From: Phoronis australis
Lineage: Eukaryota > Animalia > Phoronida
Direction: 5' to 3'
Assembly: GCA_002633005.1 (NCBI GenBank)
Contig: NMRA01000839.1
Location: forward strand, 52,547 to 116,546
Length of the DNA: 64,000 bases
In this document: in pieces, positions 24,001 through 36,765 of the stretch
Position numbering within the stretch: the stretch's first letter is position 1
Layout of the letters: each line of letters begins with the position of its first letter
Notes under the pieces: model-generated
The model's database searches: none
What the model was told of the DNA's origin: nothing
The model's input: only the letters and a program-made list of their open reading frames with translations
Position numbers and translations under genes: made by a program

Positions 24001-27000
24001 ATAGTACGGATAAAGTGCAGGCATTTTCAAATTTCGAATTGAAAGTGATCGTCAAATATCTTGTTCATCAAGTGTTCACTTTGATTGCGGATTGACACGC
24101 ATGCGTGTACAGGTTTGTGCGTTTCCGTTCTTTTAAATTCAGTACACGCTGACGGTAAGTTCGCTGACTACTCTGTCGTTTCTCAAAACTTAGTCATTTA
24201 GCTGTGACATTTTTTTTTGCACTGAGAAATCCCCGAATGTTCACATTATTAGGTGAGTCTAGACCTAATTAAAACCTTGGTCAATGAAGAAAGTCTTCTA
24301 TTGTTAATCAATGTCAATGGTGCACAGCCTCGTAGATTAGCCATACGAGCAACAATCTTGATGGAAGAGATTTCCAAGGTTACATGTCCGAAGGTTCACT
24401 GCTCCGAAGGTTCGCTACCTTCGAAAGTTCACTACTTGGAATGTCCAACATTCCGAAACCAGAACTCCGACAGTTCATTACTCTGATTTTCTAGTAATGA
24501 TTCAGAACAGACATGAATAAAGTATTGTATTTGTGTTCATTTAATAACCATTTAAAGAGTGTGCAAGATTTCAATAGTCTCAAAATGTTTATTTACATTG
24601 TTTACAGAAGAGCTCAGTTCCAATCACTGGTAATCGTGATTCTTCAATTTAACTAGACTCATTCTCGATAAGGGACAACATCTGGGGCACGGGTCCGAGA
24701 TGCGGCGACCAACGGTGGTTTTATATTTAAGAAGACTGAATGAGACTTCGTGAAGACTGACAGGGACAGGTTAGCCTACTAACTACATTTAGTCTCCACC
24801 CGGCCGTACGATTAGTTCCGGTGGGTGAGGTTGAAGCGCAGCGGCCCTAAACTTTCTTGTCGCGCTGTGAGATGATGCGATCTTGACATGGGATTGATGA
24901 ATGTATCGTGGTTGATAATTCATCAAAATTTCTTTAAATGCAAGTACGTACTCGTTTTTCCGTAACAGTAAGACATGCAAACAATTTCACATGCACATGA
25001 AATCCAAACAAAGTGATTTACTAGCCGGGTGTATTGTTGTTGGTATACTTGCATCTAATAACCGAAGTGTCGTTTATTAATTTTTGCATGTAAAAGTACA
25101 ACAGTTACACCTGAGTCAGAAATTTTAGACAATTTCGGAGTAGCAAACCTTCGGAGTGGTGAACATTCGAAGTAGTAAACCTTCGGCATAGTGGGCTGTT
25201 CTCATTTCCAGCGATGTAAGCAACTTTTAACAAAAATACAACCAGATGAAAAATTACGTCATCATTCTCCCACTAAATATTGCCGTCCAAGTATGTAATG
25301 GGGTGTAATCTCTCATTTAAAAAGCCCGATTTTAAAGTTTGGCAGGAGGTAACGCGAGAACGTTAGGCTTGTATTTATGGATTACATTACGTCTCAATTT
25401 GAGTCCCGTTTCAGGGGCGGATCCAGGATTTTGAGTTAGGAGGGGGGAGGGCACGGAAGAGTAATAGCCAGGGTTTTGCCCGTCAGACATTCGGACCCAT
25501 GAACTGCCAAATGGAATCTGGCATAATTTTAGGGGGGCATGGCCCCCTTGCCCCCNCCCCCTCTCTAAATCCACCACTGCGTTTTTTGCGAGCAACCGTC
25601 ACGACATCCTCACTTCTGGTATTACCAATTCCGTCTTATCTCAGGGAGACATGGAGCTGAGAGCCATCGTTGCCGTGGATACATTCCTGTCCCCATAATT
25701 AAGCTTCAAACGCCCTACCGAAAACTCGAGTGTCGACGTTTGAAAAAAGGTCCCCCTTTCTAGAAATTCGAACCACCCTCGCGCAATGCTGGCTACGGGC
25801 CTGCGATATACCACACTAAGTATATGAAAGTCTATACTCTACCGTTTCTAAACCACTCAATATAGGTGTGCCTCAACGTAATACAGATACCTTTCGATGT
25901 CGTTAGCGGGTCATACACGGCATCGGCAACGACGACAATCATAAACAACAAACAACAAAAAAATGGCAGGCCAATAGTTTTGACCAGGTTACCCAGTCCT
26001 GCCATTACTGGACATTATTTGATACCAACCATAGATGGTCATTCACTCCAAGATTGGGCTGATTCATACCAATAATAATACACACAACTATCAAGTAACG
26101 GAAGGAAATGCCAACAACTGCGCAGACGTAGAGAATCACGAAGAGACGAATAAAGTTTTGACCAATAATAATAATGATAATGATAAACTTAATATATAGA
26201 GGATCAATTACAATAGATATTAAAAACATGCTTTAGCCAAAGGCTAATATACGGCACGGTCCTCTTACCTTCAAACGTTTAAAAATTTTTTTGATTCTGA
26301 AAATACGTAACTACTTGCAACGCTGTAATAGAAGCCCACCTGGATATGGCACGTGACAAAATGTTCAGTTCGACCTCCGTAGGAATATACACCGTCCCTC
26401 ATCTCGTCAATGACAGGCGGATACCACGTGGGCTCTGTATCTTCGGCGTGGTACCAAAGATACACGTGATCATTGCATTCCAAGACTTTGTAAGACTTAA
26501 CTTTAGCGATGGACGGAACTGAATATGCAAAAAAATAGTTCTGTGTAATAATACTCTACAAATGCTTAGACGTTAGGTTAAAATTCGTAATTCATAAAAT
26601 GCTGGCGTGACTCATTTGAATAAAACGCTAATATATGAATTATGTATCTAAACGACCTTTTAAATTTACGACTCGGTGCGCGCATGTTTTGGAAGACAAT
26701 ACGAAGTCCGCCATTGTCAAGTAATTGCAGATAACGCAGTGTGGATTCATCCAACAAACATAACCATATTCAAAGTTAGCCTGCATAAATTCAATGGACG
26801 GTAATTCATCACACAACGTCAATGCGCATGTTTGTGTGTGATAAACGAAGAGATTTTTAAAGCATATTAAACCTTTTTTTCAACCAATCCTCTTTACGTC
26901 ACCTGCTAATGCAGCATTTTCGTCAATCTTGAAAGATAAATGCAGCAGTCAACTAAAAACTCATACCGCCCATCTCACAAATCGAACATTAGGATCCATG

Positions 27001-29822
27001 GTGGGTGGTCTTTTCCCCCAGTGTCTGTAATTTGCTAAAATCATAGGTCACGCTTTCCCCTTTAGTAGATTTTGGAAAGAGTACTCGATTCCTCAAAAGT
27101 TTGAGCGTTGTCGAGGGTAACAGAGCATTATTTTGTTTGGGAGAACTGCATAGGAAAATTGTTTCTAGTATCTGTTAATTGAATAAAAAACGGATTTTGT
27201 ATCCTTTTAAACAAGTTCACGCTGAGCTCATCTGTGCCTGACAGAGATGTAAACCTGTCGACCATTTCCGATCACATTGTAACATAAATCTATGTCGTAT
27301 AGTTAACCTTCATCAGTTCTCGTTGATTTCGATAACCACTTAGGTGTGACAAGATCTTTAATTACTCACTTTTTTCAGCATACGGTATACTCGTGCATTG
27401 TCCGTCGTGACCTCTAAATTTCCAACCGTGGAAGGGGCACTCTATGCAGTCGCCAAACACCCGACCTCCCACTGTCAGGTCAGCACCCATGTGTGGACAG
27501 GTAGAATCGATGGCGTGAACCTCGCCACTCTCATCTCGGAAGACTGCCAGAGAAAGACCTATAGCACAAATGAAGATAACTAATTTAAAAAAAGTTATGA
27601 AGGCAATATTAGAATCTGAAATCAAGCGTGTTTTTTTGTTTTCACTTCTTACTGAAATTTATTCACTGGATAAACCTGTTAGGAGCTAGTATTGAGGTAA
27701 GCATTGCCAGATGTAATACTGGGTTAACCTAGAGGACTAGATAGAGTTATAGTCCGTTGCTAGATGTAATACTGGGTTAACCTAGAGGATTAGCTAAAGT
27801 TCTAGTCCATAAAACTTTTCATTAATGTTAGATAATATCCAGATATTTTGAACCCCTTGCTTATTGTTGAGATCAGTGGGTACCTTATAAAGTAAACTGC
27901 CACTGACTGCAGGAGGAAGATGTCGACAACCAAAACGTGACAACGAATCAGACGGTCACAAATGTCCGGCAAGATTGAAGAAGTGAAAACTAAATTGGAA
28001 TTTGGTTATAAAGAGCGCACAACGTCACAGGTTCTCAGCTGCCACGTGCACTTTAATAGCAAAGATAACGCTTTCTGGGAATCTGAGACTTCTGTTCTGC
28101 GACGCCAGGTATTTGTGAGGAAAAACGGGGAGATCACGTGCTTCGCTTGTAATGCATGACAATATTTGGATTTGGTAGACGTACGCGGTTTCGCCAAACT
28201 CGCAAGAAACCATCCTCACGGAACCAACCCGGCTCCATCAGTCGATAAAATCATGTACACGTAAAATATCTTATTGTCTGTGAAAATGATTTATTTGTAT
28301 TTGTAATCATATGTCATTGTAATCTTAACATCTGTTTATTAATTTATGTATTTGTGTATAATTGTATATGAATTTCTTTGTATTAGTTTAGCCCAGATAC
28401 AAAGATACAATATCTCTTGTCGCTTTCTGGGTCTGTATATTTATTCTACTGAGTATTTCATTATAAACATTCAAAAAAGCAGCTCCATCTTTGTGACAAG
28501 TATTCGAGAGACATGCCCTCCCAAGCAACTCAGTGCAACAAAGGAGAGACGCCCGCCTTCATCGATGACAAAATCTAAGGGTGTAATAGCCAGGTCCCCC
28601 GAGTTACGTAAAAGTTATACATTGTATTATATCGAGAGTTATGCAGCATTTTTTGAACAACGCATTTTACGACATCCAACAGTGCAACTTATCCAGCGGA
28701 CACGCCGTATATAGCCAGGCCCTTGTCGTGATTAATATCGGATAATTAGCCAACAAAGATTTATTGCTTTTTAAAAGCGGTTGTAATCCCACCGCCCAAT
28801 GTAAAAGGCAACTCTGATTTCATTCAATTACTGGCCTGAAATCGGTTTCAAATTGTTCCTTAGTTCGTGAAGCTTTGATATCAGGCTGTACGAGCTGGCT
28901 TGTAACGGTGTGTCCTTTTACGTGCACACCATGCACTCAAAGACAATCCAACTGTCAATTTTTGTAAAATAACATGAAAATCACTTCTCATTCGAGAATA
29001 GAACAGAGATCAAAGTACAGTGGCAAGTGGCCTAAACCAAAAGTTTGCTATTCGGACGGGACGCGGTTTTACACTACCGCTTTAAATAACAGTTCGTCTA
29101 TTACCTAAATAATCTGCTCTTGTAATTTCACCTGCCTTGAGAAAACGAGATTCTGCGATACAAAACCAGCCGTTGGGAAACACCGGAAGTTCACAATCTC
29201 CGTCCCCAGACTGTTTCTTCTTTCGAAAAACCTGAAACAAAAGAAACGCATTCTTGAATACGTCCACAGTGTATAATGCCTCCAACAATCTGAGAAAATT
29301 ATCCACCAAATGGTCTTGGAAAGGAGTAATTTGGTGACAAAGCGGTATAGTAAAGCGTGAATCGTTAAAACCAGTGACGGTACACACTATAGGGTTCGGA
29401 GCCTGCATAATACTTTGACTACACCGTAAATCTGCAGTTAAGGGAAACAAAGGTAAGACAACATTAGTTCTCCACAAAACAAAACAATTCAAAACTATAT
29501 GTTCGTTTCCCAACGTGCTATTCACACTAGCCATGATACTTTCGCTCAGTCTCGCTTTAAGCGTTATACATACCATATTTGCCAACTCTTTTTTTGACAG
29601 GAGAGACTGTCCAACTCCGGGCACATACGAGACGTCTTCAAGCTTCATTCGGCGGTCAATAGGAACAAACAATAAGTGATAGAGCGCCATCACAATCACT
29701 ACAGTTAACACAACCGCCATCATTTCTGTGATCGAGTGTTGTGTAACATAGTCTACAGCATCCATGCAACCTTGGCTCGTGATTAACCACAGTTTACAAA
29801 GTGCAGTCGTGACAAACTGCAT
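21073..29822 (-). CDS. nvd: Neverland/DAF-36 Rieske-type cholesterol 7-desaturase, about 438 aa, 7 coding exons
   Basis: Exons 29574-29822, 29105-29231, 27370-27558, 26340-26518, 23189-23437, 22007-22162, 21073-21240; phases consistent; total 1317 nt. N-terminal TM helix, PVFPNGWF, Rieske CPHMGA..CPFH, non-heme iron [37 protein letters not shown] and C-terminal LDW. The start ATG is the least certain part. Confidence 0.95.
24380..25200. mobile_element. MITE with subterminal arrays of about 17-bp repeats (ccgaaggttcactg..) in inverted orientation
   Basis: ccgaaggttcactgct-type repeats at 24388-24485 are mirrored by ttcggagtagcaaacc-type repeats at 25134-25195. Ends approximate. Confidence 0.6.
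25412..25579 (+). mobile_element. Short MITE with 5-bp TSD (hAT5-like), copy 1
   Basis: caggggcggatccag ... aatccaccactg, flanked by cgttt on both sides. Same family at 61987-62147. Confidence 0.8.
26861..27206 (+). mobile_element. TTAA-flanked MITE (Kolobok-like), copy 2, in an nvd intron
   Basis: Collinear with 8495-8853; TTAA at both ends. Confidence 0.7.
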
Positions 29823-30299
29823 CTTTTCAGTTCCCGTGAGCTTTCTTCTCAACTTTTGACTGTGGACATGCGTAGTGGTTTAACAGAAGCCAATGGTTTC
29901 AAACTACTAAGCTTTTAAGTCGCACACAAAACTATCCTTGTTTCAACAGGCTTGGCAACTGGACACCGCAGTGAAGAACTAGAAAGCGTTCTTCCTCGTT
30001 ATGAAGACATTTCTGAGAAATCGTATCCCGCACGCTCAGTTTGTTCTGTACGAATAATTATCTAAAAAAGGAGAACATATTTTAATACGTGCTTTGTGTG
30101 AAAGACTCGAGTTCTAAGCACTCTTAAGGGCGTGTTACACTGACATAAAATGTAACTTCATGTCGTTTTTTGCACAAAGTCCAAACGGAAACCAATTGTA
30201 AGCAGGCATAAGTATCACAACAAGCTGACAAAAGGTCGTAAAATTATGATATTTTAGTGAAACAGGCCCCAGAATATTGCATTCTCGTATGTAAGACCA

Positions 30300-31300
30300 A
30301 CCGGGGCGTGTCGACAGATGTTCCGGAACAACTGTTTGGAGATCAACAGTTGTAATTGTGCCTAGAGCACGTACGATTAACTCACTAGGGGTCGCCACAG
30401 TAGTCGAACCCATGCGAAAAATCAGTGTCATCTGGGGACTTTCAATCATAATGATCCTTTTAATGCTTGAGCAGCTAGATGTAGGGAGGTGGATATCAAA
30501 AAAACATAGTGAAACTTTTTCAAATTACCAGCAGGTAGCACAGAACACGTCAAACCTGTCCGAAAATGGGATGGCGCCATTGTCTCTTTCATAGATCAAA
30601 CTAATAAATGCAAAATTTTATGAAAATTCTACCAGGAACTCGGAAGATACTGAAGGAGAAGCAAAATAATAGAACTGCCAATAGGGGACGCAATTGCAGT
30701 CGGAGTGGTCTGAAACTCGTCGTCATCTGATATCATTATCTCGATTGGAACGTATCTGCCAAATTTCACAAAGCCCCTCCAAATAGTTTGGAGATAAAGC
30801 CGTAGACGCAAAAATTTCCACTAGGAGTCGCCGCAGTTGTCGAACCTGTCCGAAAATCATTGTCAGTTTTAGTCTTCTCATAAGAAACTCATATGCCAAG
30901 TTCATGAAAAATGAATCTTTGAGAAATTTGGCAGATGTGGAAGTCAAAAACGTGATCAAGTGTTTTTAAAATTGCCATCAGGTGGAGCAGGAGACGCCAA
31001 ATCCGTTTAAAAACAGGAAGGCATCATAGTATCTTTAATAGAAACCTATCTACTAAATTTCATGCAAGTCCTTCATGGACCTCCAAATATACCGATGCAA
31101 ACGTAAAAACCTAAAATTGCCACTAGAGGGCAATGCAGCAGCAGAATCAATCCGAAATTCGTGGTCTTCTGTCGTCGGCTATGTGCATCTGTAAAATCTC
31201 ATTATGATCCTTTAAAAGGTTAAGGATATTCGGCCGCAGACGCAAAAAAATAAAACAAAACCGCTACAAAGGCGACACAGTAGTCGGACCCTTCCAAACG
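30300..31300. repeat. Degenerate interspersed repeat with recurring internal units (aaaattgccactag, cctgtccgaaaat, aaatttca..aa..ccctc)
   Basis: The motifs recur every 150-250 bp. A similar style of repeat lies at about 10960-11850. Family not assignable by eye. Confidence 0.45.
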
Positions 31301-31906
31301 CAAACATCGGGATTGCGTCACAGCCAACAATGCATGTATGACGCAGAACTATATATGCGGGTGATAATTCACATTCACCTCGCTTTGCGAAACCTCTCTA
31401 GTATACAAAGGACACACAGAATAAGATCAGACACTGTAAACTGTATCCAGGTTGTTGTATGCGTTTCCATATGGCACGGAAGCCATTTTAAGTGATCTTT
31501 GATGTTGATGAAATGGGAGACTAAAGGATTGTCTCAGGCAACATGGCAAACACGAATAGACACTCTCAACTGACAAATCGCTCATGTCGCTGATCTTGAA
31601 AATTCTTGTCCATTTATGTCTAAGCATTTTTATTAAACGCTTAAAGCAATTTCACGCGAAAATGGCAGAATGCCTATCGAACGCGCATGCATGCATAGAC
31701 GGGTACAGAAGGAACCAGGGCACCTGACCCCCTTCAACTAGAGTTCATAAAAACAACAATGACATGTGCAAGCCTAGACTCAATAGGCAACTGGTAGACC
31801 ACAGGTTGTCATTGTTAGTCTAGTCTATTGTTAATCCTCTGTAACTGATTGTGTCTGTGTTTCATTACTTGTTGTTGGGCCTAGCAAGATGGCTACTGTG
31901 TTTTTT

Positions 31907-31945
31907 CTTCTGATGGTTTTTCAATAAACGCCGAAACGTGTCAAG
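31907..31945 (+). ncRNA. Degenerate Penelope-type minimal hammerhead ribozyme remnant
   Basis: ctt-CTGATGG-ttttt caat aaacgcc-GAAAC-gt-GTC-aag has type I hammerhead order with a ctt/aag stem I, but CTGATGA and stem II are damaged. Confidence 0.4.
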
Positions 31946-32604
31946 CCAGTTTAAATCAGTCGCTGTTTTTGTTAACATATATGCTGCTACTTGACATCAT
32001 GGGGGAAGTGGGATCTATAGACCACAAGAGAATAAACGATTTCTTTTTTATTTCTATAGACAATTGGGTGAAAAGAACCCGAAACCGAATTTCTACTCTA
32101 TGTTTTCGAACTCTCTTCAAAAGATCTACCATTGTTTTACTCTGATTTTCCTTTCCGTAAAAGCTAGACTCGCCTTTGACTAAGACTGATGCCACGTGTT
32201 GATTATGCTGAGATGTTGAAAATCGCTTTTAGCCTTGTCTACACACTCTGAATATCGGGAACGACTTGATCAACTTTCGCATAAAGAAATAGGTCATTAC
32301 CTACAGAACTCTGATTATCCTATTCGATTTCATGCGCGAATTATGCCATTAGTATGGAGCGCCATGAGCCGCATTGTGTTGCTAAATTGAAGCATTTGCC
32401 ATTCATGGTTAATCGATACTATTGTTAATGTTTCAGGGTGAGCAACAAATGCTACCTCCTATTCTGGTTTCAAGCTATGTTGCCAAACTACTAGCAACTG
32501 AGTTAGACAATCACAAATAGTCGTTTGTAATTCCCTAGTTCTCTATGCCTGAACACAGCGACACTCTCGTTAGGCCTAATAATTCCCAGTACCCTACAAC
32601 TAAA

Positions 32605-32830
32605 TGACCACACTGAGTGGGCCACGTAATGCACAGAACCTCATATTCTGGTGACCACGCTGACTGGGCCCCGTTGCGCAGAACCTCATACCCTGGTGAC
32701 CACGCTGACTGGGCCAGGTGTTGCACAGAACCTCATACCCTGGTAACCACGCTGACTGGGCCAGGTGTTGCGCAAAACCTCATACTCTGGAGGCCACGCT
32801 GGCTGGGCCATGCGTTGCCCAGAACCCCAT
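32605..32830. repeat. Minisatellite, 47-bp unit, about 5 copies
   Basis: Unit cacagaacctcataccctggtgaccacgctgactgggccaggtgttg repeated head-to-tail without unique spacers. Confidence 0.9.
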
Positions 32831-35800
32831 AGTCTGCATGGGAATCGTTATTAAAACATGTTAAGTCCGCCAAATCCAACATTTTGACCTACAGCAGACC
32901 CTGTAGTTCACTTGTGTGACATAAAATTGGCCAGCGCCCTTCTGAGTGGAGCGAAAGCGAAATTGTTACGGGTTTATCGCAAACTACAAGTTTTGTTTAA
33001 CATTTGAGCTCAAAACTACATCGTGTGTGGGAAGTACCTGTAAATATACGTTATATACGTTACATACGTTATGTCAGTTGTCACGTTCGACTCCTCGACT
33101 GGTAGACACGAGATTCATATAGTTGGTAGGTCGATCAAGCAAATGCGAGGTTTGCTGACAGTCAAACTGAAGTAAGTCAATTACCTTTGGAAGACATCTG
33201 CTCGTGCACGGATAGATTGACGGCAAATTACAAAAGCGGAGATGGGAAAGTGAAGATTGCGACAAAACTGGTGGTCAGACACTGCCATTCAAAAGAAATG
33301 CGGGTGAAACTAATTTGCAATAAATATGTCACCGTGACCTTTCGTTCAAATTTGAGTAAGCAAAAAATGTTTAGTTTGTATTTCTGACTAAAGCAGATAG
33401 CCTAGGAGAAGGCGCGGCGGTGACAAACTCAACAGATGGTATTAGACAACTGCAGGTAGCAAAAAAGGTTCGCTACGATGCGACATACATGTAAATTATC
33501 CCACTTCTATAGTCACCCGGGAGAGAACATCTCCGATAATACACTGATCACTGATCTCCCGGCTGGCAATTTCTGTCGGTAGCGTTCATTGCACATATTG
33601 GCTCACCCGGGGGGGTGACAACATGTCGTGTGCGACAATACGTTAATGTTCTTACAGTAGTGTCATATACTGTCACCCCCCCGTATGCAGCATGAGATTG
33701 CATGGCACAGTACGTCTAGACCAACGCGATGATACTCCCTGTAGACAAGGGCGATACACCGTGTAAACACGGGTGAATCCAACCTGCGGACGAGCGACTC
33801 ACGCGGTATTTGAGGACATGAAAAGTAGTTGAACTTGGCGTTTCCGGAGTCCGTGAAGGGGTGAGGTTGAAAGTTAAGGGGGGGGGGTGGCCAGTCATAG
33901 GCGGAGAGTTCGGGGCAGGGGAATTCCCTACCGTCCGAAAAACGATTGGTTGCTCATTGCCATTTTCTTTTCTCGCCAGTTTTTGTTCTATGAGTTCCAC
34001 ACCCCCTTAAGTTCATATACACATGTAGGCGAGAAAATGTCACTTCTGGACCTGAAAACGTTACACGCGAAATGCGATTAGGGCGTTACTTGACCTTAAG
34101 ATGCATTTTATAGCTTTTTACCACATAGACATATTAGTATCAAAATAACTCTTCAGACTACACATAAAGATACACTGCCAAAATCATTTTACTATAGACG
34201 GTACATATAGATAACGTAAAATTCCTGCATTGTGCATCGAAATCTGAAAAAAGTCCGGAAGAATAACTTGTAAGATTTTCGCAGGCCTGCAGGATCAATA
34301 GATGCAATCGATTCCACCATTGAGCTCCACCACTCTGTGAGCGGCACCTTTAATCTAACGGGTATCAATAGAACAGGAAAATTGGGGCCATGGAGGCCAT
34401 CAAAATGATTCTCCCAGGGATGAAGGCCTCTAAATATAAAGGCGCTGTATGTAATTTCAAAAATAGTAAAGGGACACCAATTGACGCTGCCATGGGGACC
34501 ACTTTTGGGAAAGGAGAGGCACAGTTTCAAAGCAAATTCGAAAAAAGGGCTATAGAAGACTGCAATTTTTCAATGTTGCGAGAGACGGCCACTCTAGAAA
34601 TACTATTGTGGAAACGCATAACGAGAACTTGTTGGAATTATATTTATGATGACGAGCGCCATTACGAGTGCACCTACAAAACTATACTACAAAAAAATAG
34701 AAGCTGCCCCCACCCCAGCAACAAGAACAGCATTAGCTGTAGGGTTACCAACATACATAGATGCATAGTGAGCGACCACTGTTCGCAAACACCCTTTGCT
34801 AGGGTCATCAACATACTTAGCTGGTAAGCGACCACTGTTAGTTCTCAAACATTAATTGATCTCGACGTGATTCCATGTGTCCTTTGCTCGACTGCCCCGC
34901 CCACCCCACAACCCCGGTCCGGCCTATAAACGCTTATCAGTGCCCGGTGTGACCACGGGTCAAGTTAACAATACGCCTGTGAACACGTCCGACATCAGTA
35001 CCTTTCCGACGTTGTCATGATCCACGTCACGTAACAAAGCGAAAATAGGCCGCCACTGAAGCATGCATTCGCCGTAGACCTAGTTCGACTGACTGGACGC
35101 GAGGAAAGTAAGAACTCATAAGACCGTGACATTTTCATCGCGATATAGTCATGTGATCATAATAGTTTCCTTTGCGAAACTACTGCGTCTACCAAGCTCT
35201 ACCTAGGTTCTCATGTGTTGCTATCGCAAAAGGTACACGTGGTATCGCCACTGTAATCAGGCGATCTGGGGGAGGGGGCATCGTTTACAGAGTTCGCTTA
35301 CATTGTAGCTCACACGGCAAGCAAAATAAATATGAGTGCAAAAGCGACTCCCCGAAATGTTATAACAAACCTAACCTCCTATTCGCGTCAAACGCTCCCC
35401 ATTGGTGTGTTGCTAGTCTTTCAGTTCCCCCAAAAATGTGAACATCAGGCGTGACGTCAGACAGCGCAACCAGGCGGCCAAGCTGGACTATATACTATTG
35501 CAGCTCGCAGACAGACAGCCCTATTACGTCATGGGGCTCCGGGTGTCACTTTCAGTGAAAGTCCTCGTGCCAGGGTCATGAGATCGTAAGTTTTAGTCTA
35601 ATTTATAGTGCATATGGAGTTCCACCATTACCGTCTTACCTTACCAGTATGAAACCACCACGATCCACAAACCAAAACTGATCTTGTCGATTCAGGATAT
35701 CCAACACGCGAGTTACGAAACACTCCAATCTATATACATATTGGTTCGCACAGGTTATCGGTAAGGATTAACAGTCAATGTGTTATCCCCGACTAAAGGT

Positions 35801-36765
35801 ACAAAAATGTAAACTGATAAGACTAACAAAACGCACGCACGATGAAACAGATCGTATCCTGTACCTTCATTCTATTGTAGAGCTGACGTAGTTGAGGTAG
35901 AAATGACTTAGGACAGTGAGACTTTCCTTTATTCTTTTTGGCATGGTGTGATACGGTGTCATGGTGAGCGAGACCATCACATGTTATACACTCAGCAACA
36001 CTTGACCCCTGGTAAATCGATAAATTAACATATATAGGTCACGTCACTTCGTACGGCCTGTGCTCAAGCTCGCCATGGACTTATTTAGTTTTAGTTCCGC
36101 GTTCTTTCCATTGTTCAGAACGTGTTTTCATTAATGCACAGCTCAGAAGAAGTGTCGACTCCAGACAAAGGCTAATAATATACAGCATTTCACATTCGCA
36201 CACAAAGCAATATAAGCCTAAAAACATGCATGCGCCTGAAATGTACATTGAGTATACGTGTCGACCCGATGCACTGAGCCGAAAATTTGCATCGTACGGG
36301 GACAATTTTTGTGCACTTCCGAGCAACAGATCGACAAAATTTGCACGTAAGGAGAAATCCATTCTGGTTCAACTGCCTAAGTTGAAACTGGGTCAGAGCT
36401 CGGGCATTATTCCACGTCGCCGCGGGATTTCTTTAGTTGACTACGGGCAGCTAACCGCTGTCGCCGGTCACTTAATATGCCGTGCTTTTTCCAACACGGA
36501 CACGCCTGGTGGTTTTGCACATACGATTTTAATTTTCCCTTGCAATATCTTCAAACAATATGTCAAGTTTTGACGACCGCATTGCCCGATGCGAGCAAGA
36601 CCCGATTAAATGTTATTATCCGATCATAAACTGTATTAAAAATCTCTGACTGTACATAATGGTGAATTTTCGAAATGCATTAACCACTAATTTTCGTTAT
36701 AAACGAACACTACGGCGGTATTCAGCTGGAAAAAAAACAACTAAGTACGGTTTTCGATTTTTAAA

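Larger units (their letters stand above)
23548..25803. mobile_element. CAG...CTG-ended non-autonomous element (about 2.25 kb including nested insertions) in an nvd intron
   Basis: Ends cagacccgtagccag / ctggctacgggcctg; flanks tgata / cgata (5-bp TSD, one mismatch). Confidence 0.55.

Noticed and set aside
27285-27320. CTGATGA hammerhead-like core on the minus strand (similar partial cores at about 839, 11878 and 43978)
   Set aside because: No correctly placed GAAA or stems.
32605-32830. CRISPR-like array
   Set aside because: Units are contiguous with no unique spacers, there are no cas genes, and the context is eukaryotic; it is a minisatellite.
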